Source: the human T2T-CHM13v2.0 reference genome, Homo sapiens. From it: a stretch of DNA of 64,000 bases. How positions within the stretch are numbered: the first letter of the stretch is position 1; the number at the start of each line of letters is the position of its first letter. Of the stretch, positions 42,241-55,900 are shown in pieces. The position numbers and the translations under genes are program-made. The notes under the pieces were generated by a model. The model saw nothing but the letters and a program-made list of their open reading frames with translations, did no database searches and was not told the origin of the DNA. Location: positions 42,496,001-42,560,000 of the forward strand of contig CP068257.2 of NCBI GenBank assembly GCA_009914755.4. The letters run 5' to 3'.

Positions 42241-42699
42241 GATGCTGCTGGGCTACTCAGTTTCTCTCTGTGCTTGTCTGGTGTTTTATGCTTGAAGTGG
42301 AAGATTTCCACCAGATTCATTTTCATTAATTTTGCTTGTCCCCGTGAGCCGTTTGATTAAATAGATTCAGATCTGTCTTCATTCTAGAAGTTCCTTCTCT
42401 TACATACTCTATGGCTGCACCGTTCCGGTTGTTCGAGTTTCTTTATCTGGAAAATTGCTCCTTCGCCCAGCAGGTTTCTGGCTTCCGTCCTCCATGTCTG
42501 CTTTCTCTCTCCTCATCTCTGCCTTCCTCCTCCCTGGGGCATGGGGTGTGGGGCGTGGGGCTGCCGCCGCCTGTGTCTCGGCCTCCTGGTCCGGCTCTGT
42601 GCTTGTGGGTGCTGTTCCTTCAGCTCCCAGTGCCTTGAAAGCTGCCGCTGGGTCTCTCCTGAGATCACCTCCTCACACCTGCCCTCAGCTAATTCATGC

Positions 42700-44385
42700 C
42701 CATCCACCAGCTCCTGTTCCATTCCCGTCTGTTTCATCTGATGTCCCACCAGCTCCTGTTCCATTCCCATATATTTCCTCTCACCAGCTCCTGTTCCATC
42801 CGCATCTATTTCATCTATTTCATCTGACTCCTCACCACCTCCTGTTCCATTCCTGTCTATTTCATCTGACGTCTCACCAGCTCCTGTTCCATTCCCGTCT
42901 ATTTCATCTGATGTCTCACCAGCTCCTGTTCCATCCTTGTCTATTTCATCTGATTTCTCACCAGCTCCTGTTCCATCCCTGTCTATTTCATCTATTTCAT
43001 CTGACTTCTCACCAGCTCCTGCTCCATTCCCGTCTATTTCATCTGATGTCTCACCAGCTCCTGTTCCATCCCCGTCTATGTCATCTGACTTCTCACCAGC
43101 TCCTGTTCCATCCCCGTCTATTTCATCTGACATCTCACCAGCTCCTGTTCCATTCCCGTCTATTTCATCTGATGTCTCACCAGCTCCTGTTCCATCCCCG
43201 TCTATTTCATCTGATGTCTCACCAGCTCCTGTTCCATCCCCGTCTATTTCATCTGATGTCTCACCAGCTCCTGTTCCATCCCCAGCTATTTCATCTATTT
43301 CATCTAACATCTCACCAGCTCCTGTTCCATCCCCAGCTATTTCATCTATTTCATCTATTTCATCTAACGTCTCACCAGCTCCTGTTCCATTCCCGTCTAT
43401 TCATCTGACTCCTCACCAGCTCCTGTTCCATCCCCATCTATTTCAACTATTTCATCTGACGTCTCACCAGCTCCTGTTCCATCCTTGTCTATTTCATCTG
43501 ATGTCTCACCAGCTCCTGTTCCATCCCCAGCTATTTCATCTATTTCATCTATTTCATCTGACATCTCACCAGCTCCTGTTCCATCCCCAGCTATTTCATC
43601 TATTTCATCTGACATCTCACCAGCTCCTGTTCCATTCCCATCTATTTCATCTGACATCTCACCAGCTCCTGTTCCATCCCCAGCTATTTCATCTATTTCA
43701 TCTATTTCATCTGACATCTCACCAGCTCCTGTTCCATCCCCAGCTATTTCATCTATTTCATCTGACGTCTCACCAGCTCCTGTTCCATTCCCATCTATTT
43801 CATCTATTTCATCTGACATCTCACCAGCTCCTGTTCCATTCCCATCTATTTCATCTGACATCTCACCAGCTCCTGTTCCATTCCCATCTATTTCATCTGA
43901 CATCTCACCAGCTCCTGTTCCATCCCTGTCTATTCCCGTCTATTTCATCTGACATCTCACCAGCTCCTGTTCCATCCTCGTCTATTTCATCTGACCTCTC
44001 ACCAGCTCCTGTTCCATTCCTATTTCATCTGACATCTCACCAGCTCCTGTTCTATTCCTGTCTATTTCATCTATTTCATCTGATGTGTCACCAGCTCCTG
44101 TTCCATTCCCGTCTATTTCATCTGATGTCTCACCAGCTCCTGTTCCATCCCCATCTATTTCATCTGATGTCTCACCAGCTCCTGTTCTATTCCTGTCTAT
44201 TTCATCTGCCATCTCACCAGCTCCTGTTCCATCCCCGTCTATTTCATCTGACGTCTCACCAGCTCCTGTTCCATTCCCATCTATTTCATCTGACATCTCA
44301 CCAGCTCCTGTTCCATTCCCATCTATTTCATCTGACATCTCACCAGCTCCTGTTCCATTCCCATCTATTTCATCTGACATCTCAG
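42700..44385. repeat. Large minisatellite (VNTR) of ~1.7 kb. The basic unit is 42 bp, with frequent 51 bp variants carrying an extra tatttcatc, and there are ~38 units.
   Basis: caccagctcctgttccattcccgtctatttcatctgatgtct recurs with period 42. The variants are ccatcccc[gt]/ccattccc[ga] and gacgtct/gacatct/gacttct. Because the unit length is a multiple of 3, it produces long spurious ORFs on both strands. These are 42937..44442(+) at 501 aa with the SISSDVSPAPVP motif, and MSDEIDGNGTGAGE on the - strand. Confidence 0.95.
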
Positions 44386-46956
44386 CACCCAGTGCCTACA
44401 CTTAATGATTTCCTGAATTTTTCCAGTGAAACTAGCGCCTAAATGTATTCTTTCTTCCTTCAGAAAGTGTTTTTAATCCGCAGGTTGAGTACTGTGTTTT
44501 CCTGATTTGATAAAACAGAATATTTTTATAGCTCTGCCAGTTTTCCTTTTCTTCCTCATGAATAATCAGTGTGATTCAGCTGGGACTTTCCCTGTTGAAC
44601 AGGGAGAGTGGGTTTTTCCAGCCTCTCCTCCTTTTCACTCCGCTGTGGTTGAACTCCTACTTACTCTTTCGGCAGATGGTGTTTGCCAAGTTAGTTTTGC
44701 AGCTGCCTGGGGGTACTGGGGTGGAAGCAGCCCCGGGAAACCCCATGGGGGACTTTGTGTCTTTTACTCCATCACAGCGAAGCCACGGGGCTGGGCCAGG
44801 CCCTGCCCTTTGGGAACGGGCTCCTCCGGTGCTGGCCTTGGCCTTGGCCCCACTTCATCCTGGCCCCTGCCCAGGCTTCCAGCCCCTGCCCACAGCTGCC
44901 CCCTCCAGGGGCTGCCACTGTCCAGGTCAGGGAAGGCTCTTCCTACCTGGGGAGAGGACGCCCTGGCCAGGAACTGTCCCTCAGCTTTCTGTGGTCTCTG
45001 TGTCCCCCGTGCCCTCCGGGTGCCCTGCTGGGGCCCTGCCTCCCCTTGTCGCTCAGCCTTCATGGTAGGGGCTGCGGGTCCCAGCGCCCCTCCTCCTCCT
45101 GGTCACTCACCTCCCACTGAAGCAGCCCCGTCCGCACCAGTGTCTGGGAAACCCCAGTGAGGCCCCTCCCTGCCAGACCCCAGGTGTGGGGGCTTCTGCT
45201 CCACCTGCTGCATCTGCCACGGGGCCCTTTGGAGAAAGTGTTTTACCCAAAGAGGCGAGTCCTGGTGATGCTGGAGCCTGGCCCTCATTGCTGTCAGCCC
45301 CCAGCACCTGGTACAAAGGCCACTCATCCCAGTCTCTGAGCCCTGAAGACAGCGGAGGGCAGCCTGAGACACAGGACCCTCTCCCACCAGCTCCAGGGGC
45401 CAATGCCAGCCTGGCCAGCGGCCGGGACCAGCACAGAGGCTGTGGATGGGGAGGGTGGTGCTGGAGGCAGGGGGCATGCTGGCGGTCTTTTGGGGGTGGT
45501 GGACAGCCCCACACCCTGCTTGCAATGGTGCGTCAGGCAGTGGCCCCTGGTGCCGGCTGCTTCCCCAGCAGTGACCTTGGCTTCTCTTCTGCAAGCCCCT
45601 GCCTGCCCCGAGATGCCAAGCCCCAGGATCCACCAGAACTGCCCTCGCTGCCTATGGCCCCGAGCGCCCACCCTCGGGGCTGGACCTTTGCAGGAGGACA
45701 AGCCATGCCGGCCTCAACTAGCGGAGACCTCTGTGGCCACCTACGGGTCCTCTGCACTGTGCGTGGGGCAGTGGGGACGGAGCTTCCTGCCCCCCGGGGC
45801 CTGCTCTGCTCCTGCTCCTTGGACCTGGAGGAGCCATATCCACACAGACATGCACGACAAATGCGGCTGCAGACACGCGTGATGAATGCAGCATGACAAG
45901 CCAGACCCAGGATGGTGCCTCTCCCCGGACAGGAGCACTGGCCCGAGCCTGGCCCTGGGTGAGCTGCACAGCCGTTCCCTGCCTCGATTTCCCATCTGAA
46001 ATCAGAGCACTCCCTCCACAGGCTGGCGCGAGGACTAAGATCGGGGTAGACCCGTGACCCTAGGGGAGGGTCCCCACAGGCATGAGCTCCTTGGCTTTGT
46101 TTCACGACGATCGTGAACACCAAGCAGGCGTAAAGCATCCCGCAGCGTTTAGGCCCTACCAGAGCATAGCCTTGGCTGATGTGGTCCTCACCCACCGTGC
46201 CTGGCATGACATCTGCCGGCCTATGCTGAGAGGCCGAGAAAGGATGAGGGGTGGGGAGGGTATTCTCTGCATCTGCCCTCCTGTCCACGGGACACCGGGC
46301 CCTGACCTCTGACAGAGGTGAGCATGGGTCCCAGGTGGGCCCATCCGAAGCCTGCCTCAGGAGTGTGAATCTGTGGCTAGGGCCACTTTCCCAGGACACC
46401 TGGACATCAGCTGGCTGAGGTCCCCACCCCTGGAGGCTGGATCAGAGGGGGCCAGAGGGGAAGGAGGCAGTGTCCAGCCCCTGAGAGGAGCAGGGAGGAG
46501 GGATGAGGCCAGAGTCCGAGGCTGGCGGGCCACCCGGGGGCCACTGCTCCAGGCCTGGTTTGGGATCACAGATCACCCTGCTGACACGCTCCCTGTCAGC
46601 ATCTGCACGGAGGAGTTTGCTGGCTGTGGCCTGCAGCCCACACATCCCAACCACAGACACGCTCTTTCCCCACCTTTTGGTCCCTCTAACAACTCAATGC
46701 CCAGAACTTTCTATTGCCCAGGACTCTCAGGGTCCCTTCGGAGGCCGGACAGACCCTCCCCTCCCCAGGCCTTCGTGCAGCCCCTGCTGCATGCCAGGCC
46801 CACCTTGGTGAGGCTGTGTCGGGCTGAGCTCCTGGTCATTCTGCAGCTGGCTGGGCCCAGCTCCCTTTCCAGTTGCCCTCAGGCCACCCAGGAGCAGCTG
46901 CGTAAGGATTGCTAAGCCTGAGTTATCTGCATCTTTCTTCTTTCACTAATTTCTTT

Positions 46957-47343
<387 letters not shown>

Positions 47344-47454
47344 TGATGATTTTGACACATTGGTAGTATATTTTTGCTAATATTTTATCCAAACTGTTTG
47401 CATCTATAGGTACAAGCAACATAGCTTTATCATTTTATATGCTCCCCCCCACCA

Positions 47455-47763
<309 letters not shown>

Positions 47764-48804
47764 TGACAAAAGCTATGCCTTCATAAATAGGAGGTTTCCC
47801 ATCTTTTTCTGTGGCCTAGAAAAGTTAGAATTATCTTTTTAAAGGTTAAATAAAATTCAACTGGTCTGCACTTTCCTTAAAGATAAATATCCATCACCTT
47901 TCTAATTTCTCCTGTGGAAGGCGGACTATTCGAATATTCCAGTTCTTCTAGGATTGAGTTTGGTGATTTCTATTCTGCTGGAAAAGCAGCCCTCTCTGTT
48001 TTCATGGGGATGGACTTGACTGTCTTCATCAGTCCCAAAAGTCCCAGGGTGGACACTGCTGCCCAGCCTGGGTGAGATGCTCACCTTCAGCCACGTCTCG
48101 GGACAGGAGCTGGGGCAGGCACCAGCCTGGGTCCAAGGTCTCCCGGGACCAGCCTAGGTGGCCACGTGGCCGCCCTGCAGGAAGGATGGCTCTCCCTTGT
48201 GGTGCTGGGGAGGTGACTTCCATGACAGCGACTGTCACGGACACTTCTGGGAGAGATGAGAAGGGAACAGATGATTTTGGAGCCGTTCAGGTTTCACACA
48301 CGGTTTTAGTCCCAACATTGCAGTCCTCATCGGCAAACGTGATCCCTCCCCCACCGCGTTGGAACATTCTGTACCAGGTTGTATCTTATTGTTTGAAAAC
48401 AAGTTCTGCTAGTTAATTGGTTCGGGAGCAGCACGGGTAAGTAACCTCCCCATCTTCCCAACTTGGAATGTCTGCCTCTTTGTAGATGTATCATTGTTGA
48501 TAGGCTTTTTATTAAAGTTAAATTCCCTTTATGTTTTTAACGTTTGATTATAATTTAATGTCTTCATTTTTCTTTTTAAGCATTTCAAATACCTGACAGG
48601 AAACATTTGCAAAACAGACAGCCAGACTTGTCAAACACTTAAATTACTCTTATCCTTTTAATAAATCAAGCTCATAGCAAACCAAATGCACTTAAACATT
48701 CTAATAGCTTCACAAACTTAGTTACTGAACATCTCCCAGCTTAAAGTTATAACTCTAATAGAAATAATACATTATCCCTAAACTGTACTTTAAAAATGAC
48801 TATG

Positions 48805-49060
48805 CACTTTGGGAAGCTGAGGCAGTGGGTCACTTGAGACCAGCCTGGGCAACATGGTGAAACCCCGTCTCTACTGAAAATACAAAAAGTAGCCGGGTGC
48901 CTGTAGTCTCAGCTAGTTGGGAAGCTGAGGTGAGAGAATCACTTGAGCCCAAGAAGTTGAGGCTGTAGTGAGTAGTGATCACACCACTGCACTCCAGTCT
49001 GGGCAATGGGAATGAGACCCTGTCTCAAAATAGTAATAATAATAATAATAATAATAAATA
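48805..49060 (+). mobile_element. Alu SINE, sense, 5'-truncated, with a (TAA)n tail.
   Basis: gcactttgggaagctgaggcagtgggtcacttgagaccagcctgggcaacatggtgaaaccccgtctctactgaaaatacaaaaagtagccgggtg..ctgtctcaaaatagtaataataataataataataa. Confidence 0.85.
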
Positions 49061-49166
49061 ATGACTGATACAAAGAGTTGGCTCACTGAATTATTTCTAG
49101 TAAATTTTTGTTTGTTTCTATATAGTATGGTTTATTGCTGACTTTGACATATCTGTAAAGAATTTA

Positions 49167-49922
<756 letters not shown>

Positions 49923-50039
49923 ATCATATTCTGCATATTCATCCCATATCAGATACACAATTTGCACCTACCTTCTCCCATTTCATGGTTGTGTTTTCAC
50001 TGTTCAGTGTCCTTGGTGCACAGATGGTTTAAATTTAAT

Positions 50040-50300
50040 GTTTTTTTCTGTTGCTGCTTGTGCTTTTGGTGTCATATCCTAGAAATCACTGCCAAAAGCA
50101 ATGTTGTCAGGCTTTTCCCCTGGGTTTTTGTCTGAGAGTTCTATATTTTTTGCTGTTACATTAGGGTTGTTGGTCTGTTCTGAGTTAGTTTTGGTACATG
50201 GTGTGAGGTAGGGGTCCAGCACTATTCTCTTGAGCGTGGAGATGGTGATGGGCTTTTCCGAGAAGAAGTAGTTACCCAGGATTTTTCCCTGTAGATGGCT
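50040..50300 (-). mobile_element. L1 LINE fragment, antisense.
   Basis: tttttttctgttgctgcttgtgcttttggtgtcatatcctagaaatcactgccaaaagcaatgttgtcaggcttttcccctgggttttt.. matches antisense L1 (..ttgttgcttgtgcttttggtgtcata.ccaagaaatcattgccaaa.ccaatgtcatg.agcttttcccc..). Confidence 0.7.
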
Positions 50301-51039
50301 CTGTGTTCTTGGTTTGCTTTGCCTCTGGCTGTAAACTACTGGCAGAGCAGACTGTGGACATGAGATCAAATGAAGGTTTAATGAAGACCATTTGTTTAAC
50401 CTTGGCTTGGATTTGCAAGTAAACAGACTTAGAGACAGACCCAGACATCTGAAACCACTTGATTAGTCTATGAACAACACAAATTCCACACACAGATGGA
50501 AATTTGACCCTTGGAAACTTACCTTATGTGCTGCCTTATCCTCAGCTCCTAGCAGGCTCAACACTAACTTGGAAAATGGAAGGATTGTGGGAATCCTGCA
50601 TCGTTGCTGCTCATGGACTCTACCCATTCCTAGTGGTTTAGAGGCTACCCAGCCAGCTCCTTCTGCCTGGCCTCCCTCTGCCTGTCTGTCCGTCCAGCCG
50701 GCAACACCGTCCTCGCTCCTGTCCTCTGGCCACGGTGGCCCTATCCCATGGCGTCACATGGGCACACATCTCTGTGTTCGTCATCCAGGCCAGGAGCCTC
50801 TTGTCTACTGGCCTTGGGACCTGGCTTGCTGTGTGCTCTGGGCCTGGGAGCCTCCCTCCATCCATAGACTCAGGCCGTGCTTATGCCCTGTGCTCACATG
50901 TGTGAGGGGGTCTGCAGTGCACGTGTGATGTGGTGTGTGTGGCACTCTCAGCTGCCCTTCCTGTCTTCTCTCCCCCGAGCCTAGGTAGTCCTCCACCATG
51001 TTGGGACGCAGGGCCCCAATAAGAGGGATCTTATTTCTC

Positions 51040-51190
51040 CTTTGCTTGTGAAGCTCAATTTGGCTGGATATGAAATTCTGGGTTGGAAATTATTTTCTTT
51101 AAGAATGTTGAATATTGGCCCCCAATCTCTTCTGGCTTGTAAAGTTTCTGCTGAGAGGACCACTGTTAGTCTGATTCCACTGCTGTCCCA
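51040..51190 (-). mobile_element. L1 LINE fragment, antisense.
   Basis: gctcaatttggctggatatgaaattctgggttggaaattattttctttaagaatgttgaatattggcccccaatctcttctggcttgtaaagtttctgctgagagg.. is a near-exact antisense L1 consensus segment. Confidence 0.8.
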
Positions 51191-52384
51191 TCAGTGGCAC
51201 AGGGCCCTCCATGTCCTTGGTGCACATTGGCCCCAAGGGACCCAGACAAGGTGGGGCTGGGTGGGGGCTGGCGTGGGCTGTGTACACCCAGGTCGAGCTG
51301 AGCCTGGCCCACATTGGGCACCTACAAGTCAGGAGGACCCCCACCCACCTGGTACTTACACATCAGGGGTTCCCAACCCCCGGGCCTCAAACCACTACTG
51401 GTCTGTGGCCTGTTAAGAACGGAGCCTCACAGCAGGAGGTGAGGATGGGGAGCAGTGAGCATTCCAGCCTGAGCACCACCTCCTGTCAGATCAGCGGCCA
51501 CATTAGAGTCTCATAGGGGCGCAGGGGAGGGATCTCAATTGTGTGCTCCTTATGAGAATCTAATGCCTGATGATCTGAGATAGAACAGTTTCATCCCAAA
51601 ACCATCCCCCTACCTGCATCCATGGAAAAATTGTTCTCCATGGAACTGTCCTGGTGCCCAAAAGGCTGGGGAGTGCCATTGTAGAGCACATAAGAAGCTC
51701 TGTGATTTGAGGCATCAGGATGGAGATGAGGGACAATGGTGTTATTTCAAAAGGCTGCATGCTGTTTGTCCTTCTTCCCTCAGGACGAGGTGTGATGAGC
51801 CAGAAAGTCTGATGGGGCTTCCCAGCACTATCCTAAGTCCTCCTCTGTAGGGCCTTGGGCTGCCTCTGGGCCAGGAGGCCACCACTCGGCCAGTCCCCCA
51901 GACCCCAGGGGCTGGGGCTGCTCCCTGCTGGGCTGTCTGGCTGGCTTTCCCTGCCTGCTCTGATGGTGAGTCATTCTGGGTCTCACTTGTGACTGAGTGG
52001 CTTCAGGACACAGGACACAGTTCACATCTCAGGGCTTTAGGCTCTGGGCTCTCTCTGGACATCTAGGGGCCAGGGAGGGACCTCAGGCCTTTGTAATGGG
52101 AGGCGACCCTTCTTCCCTGGACACACAGCTGAAAATAGACACCCCCCCGCCACCGTGCATGAGCACACGGGGGTCCCCACCCAAGGGTGTCATGTGATAG
52201 GATGAGGGCAGGGATCCACAGCTCGGGCTGGTGGAGCGGGGTGGGTCTGGGCAGAGGTCCCTGGTGCTGGCCTCTGTGTTTGGCAGAGATGCAAAGGCAG
52301 GCAGGGAGGGGAAGCTTCGGAGTGGGAGAGCGGAGGCACAGGTGTGCCCTGGGAAGGCAGGCGGCCAGGCGTGGGGGTGGATCA

Positions 52385-52786
<402 letters not shown>

Positions 52787-53246
52787 TTAATGAGTGAATT
52801 ACATTTGTCATTTGATGTATTAATCCAGTCCCAGCTGTTTGGAGCTGATGGTAACAGGAGCTGTTGTTTAGCTTCCTGGATGCTCTCTGGAGATGACAGT
52901 CTCCCTTCCTATGACTCAACACAGCAGGCGGCCTCTGGGCTGCTTACCAGGGATGAGGGCGACCTCCCGGGCTGGTTATGGGGGCAGGGGGGAGGCCTCC
53001 TGGGCTGGGTGCTGCAGATGTGGGGTGGAGTTCCATTTTTATAGCTGGGCTGGCCGCTGTCCATGTGCACATTCAGTCTCTAACAACTAAAATTTCTCAT
53101 CGTAAGTTTAAGTAGTTGCAAAGGATATAACTTCTGATACATTATAAAACCAATATGTAAGAAATAACCATGAAGTCACTCTTTTAAATGTATTCAAAAC
53201 CCCAGTGATTTGATAGCCACCATTATCTGTTTTAAAAATACAGGCA

Positions 53247-53535
53247 AGCTGGGCGTGCTGGCTCATGCCTGTAATCCCAGCACTTTGGGAGGCCAAGGCC
53301 AGAGGATGACTTGAGCCCAGGAGTTCCAGACCAGCCTGGGCAACATAGCAAGACCCCATCTCTATAGAAGTAAAAATAAAAAATTAGCCATGGTGTGATG
53401 GCACGGGGCTGTGGTCTCAACTACCCGGGAGGCTGAGATGGGAAGATCACTTGAGCCCAGCAGGTCGAGTCTGCAGGAAGCCGTGATCACATCACCGCAC
53501 TCCAGCTGGGATGACAGAGCAAGATCTTGTCTCAA
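53247..53535 (+). mobile_element. Alu SINE, sense.
   Basis: gctgggcgtgctggctcatgcctgtaatcccagcactttgggaggccaaggccagaggatgacttgagcccaggagttccagaccagcctgggcaacatagcaagaccccatctc..cagctgggatgacagagcaagatcttgtctcaa. Confidence 0.9.
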
Positions 53536-55559
53536 TTCATCCGTCCATCCATACATCCATGCGTCACTCAGTTTAAAAGAACAAAAACCAAAGAAATCTG
53601 AAAAGCTTACAACGAAAAGACGCTCAGTATTCTCTTCTCCTCCCTGGATTAGCTGGGTGGGCGCCAGGTCATCACAGGGTCCTTGTAAGAGGAAGGCAAG
53701 GGGTCAGAGTCGGGCAGAGGAAGCCAAGGTCAGAGGGGAGGAGAGGCTGCTGACTTTGAAGATGGAAGAGAGGCCTGAGCCAAGGGGTGCAGCGGATCCT
53801 AGAAATGGTAAGAGGGACACAGATCCTCCCCTAGCGCCTCCAGGAGGAGTGGAACCCAGCCAACACCTGGATCGGAGCTTCTGACCTCCAGGGCTGTAGG
53901 AGAATAAATGTGTGTTGCTGAAGCCACTGACTAGTCAGCTACTGCAACCGTTGGAAACTACAGCTATTATCACAATGCCCATAAAACACGCTCCAGCAGC
54001 GTGAGAACAAAGACAGTTGTGTGGTGGTTATGAAACCTCACCTAACAAGACCATGTTTAAGAAAAGCCAAATAAAAACAAGAAGTAATTATTTAAGCGGT
54101 ATCCTAATAAACGGCTTGCAAAAATATGTGAGCAAATGAAGTGGTCTCCATCCAGAACCTTGATGCTGGTATTTATTTTGCTACTTAAGAGAGTAAGAGG
54201 GCCATTTGGATCGTGTCATGGAGGGTGTTTCGACATCATGTTCCTGCTAGCAGTTGCAGAGGCAACACACTGGTCCAGGCTGTGCATCTGGGCTCCAGGC
54301 CGCTTCCCGTGGGGCAGGGCAGCTGCTCCAGGAAGAGGCTGAGAGCTGGGGTCTGGGTGACTGGGCTGGGATCTGCGCCGGGTGGGGAGGAGAAGCCCAC
54401 CGCACTGGGGTTCAGGGGTTCCCAGAAGAGGAGACCAAAGCCATGCATGGTGCTTTGCAGCCTGAGTCTGAGCTGAGCTGGTGGGGGGACCCCAACACAA
54501 GGAGGACGCACCGGGTCACAAGGACTGTGCTCGCTGAACGTCAGGGACAGGGTGGGCCCTCCTTCCCAAAGCCATCAGTGCTCCCCACTGGGCCAGCGTC
54601 TGGCTCACAGCTGGGAGAGCTGGGAAGGGCTTCATGGGTCATGGGCACCCACCAAGGGCAGTGTTGCTGACCATATGGAGCCAGGAAAACCAAAGTTGCA
54701 CATTTTTTTTTTTTTTTTCCAGAACACAAGATTCCCTTAGAGTGTTGTTCTTCACGGTTCATGATTTGGTTCAATTGTTACCATTCCTGATGCTTCCTCC
54801 TAGGAAACAAGAGTAAACCACAATGGCCTGTAAAACAAATATTAAAATCTCGCATGTACTCTTGGGACAGACGTCGTCTTGAGTGATGGCCTTCCCGGCC
54901 CTGACCAATGCCTGTGCACATCCTGAGTTTGTCTGAGAGCCAGAGACCCCCTCTGAGAAATGGGATGGCTCCAGCTGGGAAGCCCCCGCCCTGCCAAGGA
55001 ATGTCACGAGCCTCAAGCAGATTTGCTCTTAGATATTTCTTTTTAATCGAGTCTAACAGTGATTGTTGAGCCGTCCTTCATTTTTTTTTTTTTTTTGTAA
55101 GATGCCTCTGTCAAGAAGGAGCCACGAGTTGGCTTTCATGGAATGGGCGCTCTTGGTGGCCAAATAGAAATAAAACCTGGCTGTCTGGTCCTGATCCACT
55201 CACAGAAGTGGCGTAAACACCTTATTTATGATCTGGGACATTCAACACCATCTTATAAAAGATTCATAGAATACACATTCACACACCCACAAAAATCAAA
55301 AGAGCAGATTTTCCAAAAATAGGTGCAAGAAAGATCCAACTTCCAGGATAAAATTTTAGAACCAACATTTCCATTAACAAAAGCGGTCTTGTCTAAAACT
55401 CTACCGACCGCGCTAAAATCCCATGCAAAACAGAGCTCTGGTTACGTAGATCGTGATCAATAATGAGAAACTGTGAGGCATCCCCGTGGGATCTGACACT
55501 TCCTAGGGGAGCTTCTCTCCACTGGTAATAAAGATATAATTAGGAATTTCAACTACCTG

Positions 55560-55900
55560 TGATTTTGCCAACTTACGGCATTTGTTGAGAATTTCGGTCC
55601 CTGTGTTTATGCACACACCTTTCAACCTTAGATTCGACGGTGATGGGTTAGTAAACGTCAATTCTAAAGTGGTCGTTTTCAACCAGGGGCAATTTTACCC
55701 CGCAGGGGACACTGGCAGTGTCTGGAGACATGTTTGGTTGTCATGACTTGGGGCAGAGGTGCCACGGGCACCTGGAGGGTGGAGGCCAGGGTGCGGCTCA
55801 ATACCCTAACCACACAGGATGGCCCCAGGACAAAGATGCCCCTGGTGCTGAGAGCAGGGCCCTGTTCTAAGAGATGGGTGGCTGGAGCCTGGCTGGAGGG
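55560..55900. mobile_element. Possible ancient interspersed repeat (DNA-transposon/MER-like). Its identity is uncertain.
   Basis: ..tggtcgttttcaaccaggggcaattttaccccgcaggggacactggcagtgtctggagacatgtttggttgtcatgacttggggcagaggtgccacgggcacctggagggtggaggccagggtgcggctcaataccctaaccacacaggatggccccaggacaaagatgcc.. resembles a recurrent mammalian repeat (..tggcaatgtctggagacatttttggttgtcacaactgg..ggtagaggccagggatgctgctaaacatcctacaatgcacaggacagccc..). This rests on memory only. Confidence 0.3.

Noticed and set aside
42937-44442. A 501-aa ORF on the + strand with an S/P-rich repeat, and 130-170 aa D/E/G-rich ORFs on the - strand, as a candidate repetitive protein gene.
   Set aside because: The ORFs coincide exactly with a 42/51 bp minisatellite whose unit lengths are multiples of 3. 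Both strands are open. There is no upstream exon or splice context, and the periodicity is the repeat period, not codon usage.
45533-46399. A 288-aa ORF on the - strand, and overlapping 236-aa and 159-aa ORFs on the + strand.
   Set aside because: This is a GC-rich stop-poor region where overlapping ORFs occur in several frames and on both strands. There is no recognisable domain or splice signal. This is typical background for ~65% GC human DNA.
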